From Octopus sinensis (lineage: Eukaryota): 10,824 bases of DNA. The stretch covers positions 1-10,824 of the forward strand of contig NW_021827306.1 in the NCBI RefSeq assembly GCF_006345805.1. Reading direction: 5' to 3'. A program made the position numbers and the translations under genes. The notes beneath the pieces were generated by a model, which saw nothing but the letters and a program-made list of their open reading frames with translations, was not told the DNA's origin and made no database searches. This document shows positions 1 through 9,149 of this stretch, one piece after another (the stretch's first letter is position 1; every line of letters begins with the position of its first letter).

Positions 1-122
1 TGGTCGATTTCATCGACCCCCCAGTGTTCCACTGGTACTTATTTTATCAACCCTGAAAGGATAAAGGACAAAACTGAACTTGGTGGATTTGAACTCAGAT
101 CAGAGAGATAAACGAAATACCG
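1..122 (-). mobile_element. tRNA-derived SINE family A, fragment (body and B-box; tail cut by window edge, head missing)
   Basis: Contains ggtacttattttatcaaccctgaaaggataaagg...tttgaactcaga...acgaaatac, which aligns with the other family A copies (176, 2228, 8645, 9150, 9758). Confidence 0.8.
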
Positions 123-136
123 AAAAGCTAGCTACT

Positions 137-139
<3 letters not shown>

Positions 140-175
<36 letters not shown>
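140..175. repeat. (AAT)n microsatellite
   Basis: Direct reading. Confidence 0.97.
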
Positions 176-381
176 CCTTTCTACTATAGGCACAAAAGGC
201 CTGAATAATTTGGCGAAGGGAACTAGCCGATTACATCGACCCAATATGCAACTGGTACTTAATTTATCGACCCTGAAAGGATAAAAGGTAAAGTAGACCT
301 CGGCAGAATTTGAACTCAGAACGTAAAGTCATTTGAAAATGCCGCTTCGCATTTCGTCGAGCGTGCTAACCATTCTGCCAG
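176..381 (-). mobile_element. tRNA-derived SINE family A, near full length, tail type 1
   Basis: On the minus strand: A-box-like ctggcagaatggttagc, B-box gagttcaaattc, and the shared body gaggtctactttaccttttatcctttcagggtcgataaattaagtaccagtt. Flanked on both sides by (AAT)n. Confidence 0.88.
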
Positions 382-393
382 TTAATTACTAGT

Positions 394-436
394 AATAATA
401 ATAATAATAATAATAATATTAATAATAATAATAATG

Positions 437-470
<34 letters not shown>

Positions 471-525
471 TAATAATAATAATAATGATAATAATAATAA
501 TAATAATAATAATAATGGTGATAAT
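394..525. repeat. (AAT)n microsatellite with GAT interruptions
   Basis: Direct reading; source of the poly-L and poly-Y ORFs. Confidence 0.97.
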
Positions 526-608
526 TTCTTAGCCAAAGGGGCATCAGATGAGAGGGGCGGTTGTCGATTATAAAGATCCTTAGTTCTTGAATAATCATAA
601 TATACAAA

Positions 609-628
609 CAATAATAATAATAATAACA

Positions 629-663
<35 letters not shown>
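609..663. repeat. (AAT)n switching to (ATT)n, self-complementary
   Basis: aataataat...aacaat followed directly by tattattatt... Confidence 0.9.
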
Positions 664-718
664 GTGAAGAGAAAAATCAATGTTCTAAAACAAATGGTGT
701 TTGTGTAGCCGTATAGTT

Positions 719-880
719 GGGGATGGGGGTGTGGGTACGAGGGGTCGGGACTTAAGTGCGGGGGTGGGTGAAATGGTGGGTCAGTTTGGGTTTATTCTGT
801 GGACAAGGTAGAGATGGCGGTGGCGGTGGAGGTGGTGGAGTGGAAGGTGAGCGGGTGTGGGGGTGATGGTGGTGGGGGAA
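719..880 (+). other. G-rich tract with G-quadruplex-forming potential
   Basis: Nine G3-G5 runs between 719 and 790 and further runs at 853-878. Confidence 0.6.
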
Positions 881-949
881 ACCGGTGAGTGACGTCATCA
901 AATTCGATGGCGGGTTCACGAGAGGATGTGACTAATGGCGACAGGAGGA

Positions 950-1056
950 TGGTCATAAAGATGATGATCATGATCATGAGGCTAATGGTGGTTGCTGCCA
1001 TGCTGCTGCTGCTGATGATGATATTTAATGTGATGGGGATAAAGATGAGGTTGATG

Positions 1057-1091
<35 letters not shown>

Positions 1092-1140
1092 CATCATCAT
1101 TATTATTATATTTAAGGGGATAATGGTGATGATGACATCC
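950..1140. repeat. (GAT)/(GCT)/(ATT) low-complexity trinucleotide tract
   Basis: Direct reading; explains ORFs 792..1178 and 889..1191. Confidence 0.9.
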
Positions 1141-1582
1141 TTAATGATGACAGGAAAGCATTCAACTACCCATGACAAGTGTATGACTTAGCAAACAACA
1201 CACACAGCTCCTCTCTCCATCCGTTCCTCTATCATACACCTACACATTGGCCTATATAATATTTGATTTATATCATTCTACAGCATGTGTGTGTATATTT
1301 CTGCATGTACATGTTCGCTTAGGTATAGCGAAGTGTAAATCATTACGCGAGTGCAGAGTGTAATATGAAGTAATGAAAAGCAAGAGAACTGTAAGCACCT
1401 AACAAAATTCCTGTTGATATTCCTCTTCCATTGTTATTCATTAAATGACGTTACGTTCTCTATTCGCCTGACGATTCCTTCTAAAGCGTTCGGATGTTGA
1501 GAGGGCCAACAAGTGGTTATTAGTAGCGCTACGACTAAACGAAATCACGATAAGCATATCTGTGGGGGGAAGGGGGTTTAGT

Positions 1583-1980
1583 TGTGGCTGTGTGGTAAGA
1601 AGCTTGATTTCCAACCATAGCGTTCCGGGTTCAATTCCATTGTGTATCTTCATGGACAACTGTCTTCTACTATATTCTCGGCCCGACAAAAGCCTCATGA
1701 GTTGATTTGGCAGACGGAAACTGAAAGAAGCCCGTGGTATATAAATATATATATATATATATGGGTGCTGTCTGTTTGTCCACCATCATCGCTTAACAAT
1801 GTTGGTTTGTTTACATTCCCGTGATCTAGAGGTTCGGCAAAACAAAACAAAAATCGATAAACTAAATACCAGCCTTCAAAAATAACCAAGAAAAGAGTGA
1901 TACGTTCTACTAAAACTTTACGAAACGGTACCCCAGCTTGGCCGCAACCGAATGACCGAAGCAAATGATATACGGAACAA
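1583..1980 (+). mobile_element. tRNA-derived SINE family B (CORE-like), near full length, diverged
   Basis: A-box tggctgtgtgg (1585-1595), B-box ggttcaattcc (1628-1638), then a CORE-like segment catggacaactgtcttctactata, an internal (TA)n at ~1737-1762, and a 3' motif ggtaccccagcttggccgc (1927-1945) shared with copies at 6171 and 6379. The CORE assignment is from recalled similarity. Confidence 0.78.
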
Positions 1981-2167
1981 ATATATAACACTCCTCATAC
2001 CGCGCCTCTTTTTTACCTCCCACCCGCCATCACTCCACCTTATTACGACTGAAAAGTGCCTTAGCCCATTTCAGGACCTAGAAAACACGTGAGAGTAGAG
2101 ACAATCCATACTTGGCAGTCACACCATATTTCAAACCTTCACGACAAGAGACTATACCATTGCTTAT

Positions 2168-2227
2168 AACACTACTAATACTACTACTACTACTAATAAT
2201 AATAATAATAATAATAATAATGATAAT
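2168..2227. repeat. (ACT)n/(AAT)n microsatellite
   Basis: Direct reading. Confidence 0.95.
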
Positions 2228-2441
2228 GGTTTCAGATTTTGCCACAAGGGCAGCTATTTTGGGGGAGGTGGGCATGAGGCGATTACATTGATCCCCAGTG
2301 TTCAGTTGATATTTAATTTATCGACCCCCGAAACGATGAAAGACAAAGTCGACCTCAGCGGAATTTGAACTCAGAACGTAGCGATGGGCGAACTACCACT
2401 AAGCATTTTGTCCAAGGTGCTAACGATTCTGCCAGCTCGCC
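2228..2441 (-). mobile_element. tRNA-derived SINE family A, full length, tail type 2
   Basis: Reverse complement matches the + copy at 9758-9976 along its whole length, including the tail (gcccttgtggcaaaa...gaaacc). Head ggcgagctggcagaatcgttagc and B-box gagttcaaattcc present. Confidence 0.92.
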
Positions 2442-2445
2442 AGCT

Positions 2446-2446
<1 letters not shown>

Positions 2447-2476
<30 letters not shown>

Positions 2477-2615
2477 GTAGTAGTATAGTAGTAGTAGTAG
2501 TAGCATAATAATAATAGCAATAATAATAATAGCAATATAAAATATAATAATAATGATAATAATCATAATAATAATAATATAATAATAATAATAATAATAA
2601 TATAATAATAAATAA
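2447..2615. repeat. (AAT)n/(AGT)n microsatellite
   Basis: Direct reading. Confidence 0.95.
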
Positions 2616-3185
2616 ATGCCCTGATGCAGTACCAGGCAGTGGCTCTCATGGCTTCTGATCTTAACTGATTGGAAGTGTTATCATGTACATTGTTTTGTCT
2701 TGGTATAAAAGATGGGCTACAGCAAATATTCTGCTCAATACCACAGATTTGCTTGTCAGTTGTTGACCTTAACCAGTTGAGCATGTCCCTTAGTGGCTGA
2801 CAATACGTGCATCTCTGATCACGAGCAGAAGTAGTGGGGGAGCATCATGGCCATGTGTTGAGAGGGATTCTTTGGAGTTTGAATGGTTCACCTCTGGAAA
2901 CATAGTGTTTCGTTCAACATCCTAAAGCAACCCTTATTCAGGGACCTTTTGAGCAGGATGGGCTACTCAACCTGAAGAAAATTCTAACTAGTGCCCACCT
3001 GCAAGGTCATGTGCTGTTTATCTTGATATGAGATCACCATGTCGCGCACATATGGTTGTGCTGCATGTGCCTGGTGTACCTTTATCAGACGGGTAGTCAT
3101 GATGGGTATATTGGGCTTCGTATATTTTACCCCAGTGTCACTTTGATGGCATGAACTGCTCTCTCACTCAATAATAATAATAATA
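2616..3185. mobile_element. ~570 bp non-coding interspersed repeat with (AAT)n tail; retroposon-like, family unassigned
   Basis: Complex, more GC-rich block with no long ORF, sharply bounded by (AAT)n on both sides and ending ...ctctctcactcaataataataat. I recall it as an abundant octopus repeat; a single copy is present here, so repetitiveness is not shown by the window. Confidence 0.6.
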
Positions 3186-3220
3186 TAGAGAAGCACAAAG
3201 ATATGTGTTCGTGAGACTGA

Positions 3221-3462
3221 TTCTAAATATTAGCATACATATATGAATTCGTGTATATATATATACACACGCATATACACATAAATACATTCACGTACAT
3301 ATATATACACACACATTTGCATATAATTTATATGTGTGTGTGTTCGTGTGTTTCTAAATATTAGCATATACGTATATGAATTTGTACATAAATACACAAG
3401 CATATACATAAAGATATATATACATATATAAATGCATTCACGTACATCTATATACACACACA
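3221..3462 (+). repeat. Older degenerate tandem duplication (~130 bp period)
   Basis: ttctaaatattagcata...atatgaatt...cattcacgtacat...tatacacacac occurs at 3221 and again at 3352. Confidence 0.8.
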
Positions 3463-3547
3463 CCATATATATATATATACATGTGTGTGTGTGTGTGTGT
3501 ATGTGTGTACGTATATATAAACGTACACATTTATATACACACACACC

Positions 3548-3598
<51 letters not shown>

Positions 3599-3659
3599 TA
3601 CGTATATATAAACGTACACATCGTATATATAAACGTACACATTTATATACACACACACC

Positions 3660-3691
<32 letters not shown>

Positions 3692-3759
3692 ATGTGTGTA
3701 CGTATATATAAACGTACACATCGTATATATAAACGTACACATTTATATACACACACACC

Positions 3760-3804
<45 letters not shown>

Positions 3805-3850
3805 TACGTATATATAAACGTACACATCGTATATATAAACGTACACATCG
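3441..3850. repeat. Composite minisatellite, about 4.5 units of 80-110 bp
   Basis: Unit: (tg)n-tatgtgtgtac-[gtatatataaacgtacacat]x1-2-ttatatacacacacacca-(ta)n, starting at 3481, 3561, 3671 and 3771. Confidence 0.95.
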
Positions 3851-4090
3851 ACACAAGAAGTCAACAATGGTAAGAACGATGCCAGAAGATGTAAGAACGG
3901 TGGTAAGATGGCTCCATATTGCACTGCCATTCAAATGGAAGATATTAAAGACGGTGTAAGACACGAAAATTCTTCTGTCAGAATTTGTTGCGAAAAGCAT
4001 TATGTTTAACATTATTTCTTGCGACATAACGAAACGTTTTGTCTCAGGCTTCGCGCTAATTGCCAAGAGTAATTCTTCAGAGTTCTACAG

Positions 4091-4156
4091 AATTTCGAGA
4101 ATTGTGTGGAAAGAATTTAAAGATTAGTGAAATTGTAAAATGGCGCATAAACAATG
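4091..4156 (+). other. Weak candidate internal exon (66 nt, phase 1-1; xFRELCGKNLKISEIVKWRINN)
   Basis: Acceptor-like ttctacag (alternative ttcttcag at 4080), open frame, donor ATG|gtaagg, within a non-repetitive island. No recognised homology. Confidence 0.18.
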
Positions 4157-4189
4157 GTAAGGACAATGATTCCTCCTCTGTGAATGTGT

Positions 4190-4441
4190 GTGCATACAAA
4201 TATCTGTATCTGTATGTGTGTGTGTGTGTGTATGTGTGCAAGAGAAGATGTGTAGGTACGAACACATATTCGCGTACAGGACACATATACATAGACACAC
4301 ATGAACATACAGTTAGATACACTAACAAATATATACATACATATACATTATATATATTTACACACACACACACACACACACAGGCATATTATGGAATGGT
4401 CATTTCTCTTTTATTAGATCATACATACATCAGATCTAAGC

Positions 4442-4478
<37 letters not shown>

Positions 4479-4581
4479 ATATGCATGTGTATAGGTATAT
4501 CTATATGCATCAACGTAAATATGCATTATATATATGTATATGTACAATATGTATATGTATATATATATATATATATATATA
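4190..4581. repeat. Mixed (TG)/(CA)/(TA) simple repeats
   Basis: Direct reading. Confidence 0.9.
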
Positions 4582-4662
4582 ATCGGTTTGATCCGGTTCC
4601 ATGCAACACAAATATTAGTAGGCTTGTTCCAAGAACCTAGCTTCTTGGGCTCATGAGTGTGT

Positions 4663-4720
4663 ATAGATAGATAGATAGATAGTTAGCTAGATAGATAGAT
4701 GGGTAGGTAAATAGGTAGAT
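4663..4720. repeat. (TAGA)n tetranucleotide repeat
   Basis: Direct reading. Confidence 0.9.
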
Positions 4721-5065
4721 ATGGTTAAGTATGGCATTGCATGTGTACACAAACAGACACACATAAGCCTACACAAACCCACGTAAATAGATACAAACCA
4801 ATTCATACACATACACACACACACGTAAATACATATATACTTTTTTCCTTTGAGACAAACATTTTCTGGAACTTTCTCAAAAACACACACATCAATCTAG
4901 TCAGAATTACAAAACTGAAAACCACAATATGTCATACAACATACAAACAGCAGAAACACGTGTCGGGCTGAAGTTTAATGAGAATAATACAGCAATAAAT
5001 ATTTTTTGAAGATATACAATTCTCCCTTTATTCTATATGATGCCTTGGTGATGTATATATATATA

Positions 5066-5270
5066 CAGGACGCCATGATAGATCGTTAGCGCCTACACGC
5101 ATTTTTCTCTCTCCTAGTTTTTCTCCTTGTTTTTTTTTCTGTGTCCCTTTCTGTAGAAGAGCGTAGGCTCGAAACGTAAAAGGCTTTTTCTATTCCTGAG
5201 CGCTGTACTAATACATTTGTTTGTTTGTACTCCACCTGCCTTCGTCTTTTGTTTATTTTCGTAAACTTTC

Positions 5271-5273
<3 letters not shown>
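5066..5273 (+). mobile_element. Penelope-like element terminal-repeat fragment or non-autonomous derivative
   Basis: ~200 bp block between (TA)n tracts carrying a minimal hammerhead-like motif. Such motifs are established markers of Penelope-like element terminal repeats. No RT or GIY-YIG ORF is present here. Confidence 0.55.
5146..5183 (+). ncRNA. Minimal type I hammerhead ribozyme-like motif (core A6->U variant)
   Basis: Stem I ccttt (5146-5150)/aaagg (5179-5183); core ctgtaga versus consensus CUGANGA; stem II gagc-gtag-gctc; GAAA (5171-5174); palindromic acgt mini stem III; predicted GUA cleavage triplet (5176-5178). Confidence 0.62.

Positions 5274-5310
<37 letters not shown>
5274..5310. 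repeat. (TA)n microsatellite
   Basis: Direct reading. Confidence 0.97.
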
Positions 5311-5312
<2 letters not shown>

Positions 5313-5329
5313 GATATATGTAAATAAAA

Positions 5330-5612
5330 CAATGAACTCCCCCGTCGTTAAACAACGTATGAGGGTTCGACAATTTATTATCGAACAACCACACAGAAGA
5401 TGCTTCGTTTATAGTGATCAAATGTTTGTGTAGAGATAAGCTCACTCCCTCCATCAGATAGACATTACCTGTACAGGTGCAACTGGGTGCCTCACGTCAG
5501 ATGTCGAAATGAAGAGCTTTGTTCCAGAATACAGGTGTAACACCCAGTCTGGCAATCGAGCCCATGCTCTCGTAATCGTGAGTGCATCAACTTACCCACT
5601 AAGCCATGCGCC
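5330..5612 (-). mobile_element. tRNA-derived SINE family C
   Basis: Minus strand begins ggcgcatggcttagtgg with a perfect A-box TGGCNNAGTGG (5596-5606) and a degenerate B-box ggctcgattgc (5552-5562) 33 nt downstream, followed by a ~220 bp unique body. Confidence 0.72.
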
Positions 5613-5641
5613 TTGGCACACACACATGTATATATATATAT

Positions 5642-5875
5642 ATTAACAATTAAGGAACGGCCATAATAGGCCATTCACCCACTAGAAATAACAGCCAAAG
5701 CTTCTACCGCAAATAAAGATCAATTCCGTAAACAGGAGAAAATTAAAAAAACATTTACCCTGTAATTTTTTTAATTTTCTCCTGTTTACGGAATTGATCT
5801 TTATTTGCGGTAGAAGCTTTGGCTGTTATTTCTAGTGGGTGAATGGCCTATTATGGCCGTTCCTTAATTGTTAAT
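5642..5875. repeat. Perfect long inverted repeat (110 bp arms, 14 nt spacer)
   Basis: 5642-5751 is the exact reverse complement of 5766-5875, checked base by base. Spacer is catttaccctgtaa. Confidence 0.97.
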
Positions 5876-5969
5876 GTTGAACTTAAAAATGGTCTATGAC
5901 TATTTAATTTTTTCCCACTGGGCCGCTGGTGGCAATAAAATTCTACAAAATTTTCCTTGCCACCCTATA
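5876..5969. mobile_element. Possible right end of a foldback MITE or DNA transposon with a TIR-like terminus
   Basis: Minus strand reads TA-TAGGGTGGCAAGGAAAATTTTG, resembling Tc1/mariner-type ends at a TA. Internal inverted copy ggtggcaataaaatt at 5928. No matching left TIR is found. Confidence 0.4.
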
Positions 5970-5973
5970 TTGA

Positions 5974-6012
<39 letters not shown>

Positions 6013-6016
6013 GCAT

Positions 6017-6220
6017 GTGTGTCTGTTCTCTTCCACATCCGCCTGACAACCGGTGATGGGTTATTTACGTCTCCGTAAGAGCATTTCAGTACAAGAGGCC
6101 GATAGCTTATGTACCAAGCTTTCAACAAATAAGTTCTGCGGTGCATCTGTTCTACTACAACCCTGAAGTAGGTGCTCCAGCATGGCCGTAGCCTGAAGAC
6201 AAAGATAAGTAAAACATTAA
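6017..6220 (+). mobile_element. SINE family B 3' half
   Basis: Aligns to 1765-1975: tgtctgtt...gacaaccgg...tttacgtc.ccgtaa...ggtgctccagcatggccg (6171-6188). Confidence 0.75.
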
Positions 6221-6244
6221 AGTTATATACATATATATAACTCT

Positions 6245-6410
6245 TTGTCTGTGTTTGTACCTGCAAAGCTTGATAACCGGTATTGGTTTGTTGGTGTCCC
6301 TCTAACTTGGCAGTTCAGCATAAAGATCGGTACAAAAATACAAAAAGTTCTAAACTCTACAAAAGTCGAATACGAGGTGGTGCCACAGCATGGCCGCTGT
6401 CCAAAGACAA
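6245..6410 (+). mobile_element. SINE family B 3' half, more diverged
   Basis: tgtctgtgtttgt...gcttgataaccggtattggtttgtt...ggtgccacagcatggccgc (6379-6397). Confidence 0.7.
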
Positions 6411-6797
6411 ATAATAGATTTTATGTATGTCTATATATAATTGTATATATTTATACACTCGCAAAGAGATGCTACGGTATGTTTAATATAAAAGATAGTA
6501 TGTACAAAATGGAAGTCGATATTATAACAGGCGTAGATATGCTGTGAAGGAACGTGTTGTTGTGTGTAAAATGAAAACCAACTTCTCTGCTGCTGTACGT
6601 GATGTTTCTAAATTCTTTAGCTGTATACAGGACATGGAAGATACATATATATATGTGTGTGTGTGTGTTGTGTGTGTGTGTGTGTCATAATATTGTGTAA
6701 GGAACATATATATATATATACATTGATGTGCCGGTTACTGTGTTTATGTATATATATTATTGCGTGTGTGTGTATAAATCTGTGGAAATGATAATAT

Positions 6798-6894
6798 ATG
6801 TGTGTGAATTATATATATATATATATACTTGTATATATATTGTATCTATATAAACACATGTACACACTCGCGTGTAGAAGTTATATATATATGT

Positions 6895-6936
<42 letters not shown>

Positions 6937-6963
6937 ATAATTATATATATATATATATATATA

Positions 6964-7036
<73 letters not shown>

Positions 7037-7129
7037 TAATATATATATATATAATAATATATATATATATATAATATATATATATAATATATAAATATAT
7101 AATATATATATATAATAAATATATATATA

Positions 7130-7160
<31 letters not shown>

Positions 7161-7206
7161 GCTGCGTATGTCACTATATATGTATATACATATATACATA
7201 TAAATA

Positions 7207-7262
<56 letters not shown>
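6798..7262. repeat. Long interrupted (AT)n microsatellite
   Basis: About 460 bp almost entirely A/T alternation; source of the poly-IY ORFs. Confidence 0.97.
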
Positions 7263-7266
<4 letters not shown>

Positions 7267-8376
7267 CCAACGACCCGAAGCACAATGCACAGGAGAAGTG
7301 CGTATACATATGCAAACATATACACACACACACAAACAGATACAAACCGTTTCAAACATATATATATATATACGCAAAATATATATATATTTTTTTTTCT
7401 TTTTTGTTAGAGACAAAAAAATATCTGAAAGTACCCCCAAAAACTCACATCAATCAAAACAGAAGCACAAAAATGAAAAATGCGATACATTACACACAAA
7501 CAAATACACTCACAAACACACATATTCACAGACTCAAACTCACTAACACACACACACACACACACTCAGATATACATATTTTGTCAGCTATATTATCAAG
7601 TTTTTTCACTTAATTAAACACAATGTCCATAGCACGTAACATGATAATGTTGGTCGGCTATTCACACCAGAGGAAGATGTCCTCACTGGGGTTTGTGGCG
7701 ATTTTTTGAAAGAGAAAAAAAAAAGGCTAACGGGTGTTGTGTAGGCTTGGCTGAAATGAAGGCCGCCGGATAAATAAATGAACACACACATTATATATAT
7801 ATATATTATATATATATATATATTATATATATATATATATACATACGTATAATGTTATCAATAAAAATAAAATGGAAGAGAATGAACGGCAAGCAAATTA
7901 AGAAAGCGCGAAAAGTAAAAAAAAATTGCAAAGTGAATAACGTGGCCAAAAATATACGTTATCGGCAAGGAGATTGCCTATGTAGGTATAAAAGATTTGA
8001 GGCTTCTTCCTCTTAATCTTGTTCATTTTGTTGGTGGTGATGGTATTTGATGTCGGTTTTTTTATTTTCTTGTTTTTGTACGTGATGCGATAATTCTTTA
8101 TATATATTTTTTTGTTTTGGTGGTTGTTGTTGCAGTTTTAGTTTATTATATATTTCTTTTGTTTTGTTTTTGTGGGTTTATTATTTATTATACACTATTT
8201 ATTATTATTATTATTATGTTTTTGCTTTTTATTATTTCGGGAAATAGAAATTTTTTACAGGAAAGAATAATGATAATAATAATAATAATAATATAATAAT
8301 AATAATAATAATGAATGAATGACAGTATGATAAGAAAGACAAAAGAACCATGTATCTATACGTGTATACATACACA

Positions 8377-8408
<32 letters not shown>

Positions 8409-8644
8409 TATATGTGTATATATATATCCCTTACCAATAACCGTGTCATATATATAGGCAGTAATATTTAACCTTAATGTCGCATTACACTTTTCCTTAG
8501 CAGGTCTCGACATAAAAGTACATATATTTATGTACAAACATACACACACACACATATAGCACATATATACATGTATATATATGAACACATATATATACAC
8601 AATTGGGTATTTATGCATACATACATAGGAATGTTTGTATATAT

Positions 8645-8869
8645 ATTTCTTTATTACCCACAAAGGGCTAAACATAGAGGGACAAACAAGGACAGACAAA
8701 GGGATTAAGTCGATTATTTCGACCCCAGTACGTAACTGGTACTTAATTTATCGACCCCGAAAGGATGAAAGGCAAAGTCGACTTCGGCGGAATTTGAACT
8801 CAGAATGTAACGGCAGACGAAATACAGCTATGCATTTCGCCCGGCGTGCTAACGTTTCTGCCAGCTCGC
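8645..8869 (-). mobile_element. tRNA-derived SINE family A, full length, tail type 3
   Basis: Head gcgagctggcagaaacgttagc, B-box gagttcaaattcc, body and tail ...tttagccctttgtgggtaataaagaaat on the minus strand. Confidence 0.92.
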
Positions 8870-9040
8870 ATACAAAGATGCCTATACAGATGCCTATGTA
8901 TATTATGCTAGCACACTTGATCGTCAACCTCCGTACGTAGCCGTCAAGACAGAGAGAAAGTGTGAAAACAAAGAGAGGGGCAGAAACTTTGCGGGAGAGT
9001 GACTGCTGAAAACATTACAATAAATCTAGGTAGGGCATTC

Positions 9041-9149
9041 AGTCGATCCCATCGACACCCAGGTACTTAATTCATCCACCTCGAAAGAATGAAAGGCAAA
9101 ATCGACCTCGGTGGTATTTGAACTCAGAATGTAGCGACGGGCGAAATAC
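9041..9149 (-). mobile_element. SINE family A headless second monomer in tandem with 9150-9382
   Basis: B-box and body present; A-box head absent; joined at gaaatac|ctatttc. Confidence 0.85.

Noticed and set aside
526-598. Possible very degraded family A tail (gccaaaggggcatc...gtcgattataaagatcc)
   Set aside because: Similarity is patchy and too short to support by eye.
1583-1645. Functional tRNA genes at the SINE heads (also 5545-5612 and 9758-9840)
   Set aside because: A/B boxes are present but no complete cloverleaf or acceptor stem, and each continues into a repeat body.
3481-3850. CRISPR-like repeat/spacer appearance
   Set aside because: The variable parts are (TG)n/(TA)n length variants, not unique spacers; the context is eukaryotic and there are no cas genes.
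3886-3910. CKNGG, EGF-like motif in a + frame
   Set aside because: Cysteine spacing of an EGF domain is absent and the frame closes soon after.
4140-4156. ATG GCG CAT AAA CAA (MAHKQ) resembling the CKS2 N-terminus
   Set aside because: Next bases are TG then a donor-like site; the expected IYYSDKY does not follow.
4629-4648. 7 bp hairpin ccaagaa/ttcttgg
   Set aside because: Too short to exceed chance expectation in 10 kb.
6500-6650. ~50 codon open stretches on both strands
   Set aside because: No credible splice sites or homology; expected by chance.
7640-7745. RLFTPEEDVL, Myb/SANT-like start
   Set aside because: Only a short match; the rest of the helix-turn-helix pattern and convincing splice sites are missing.
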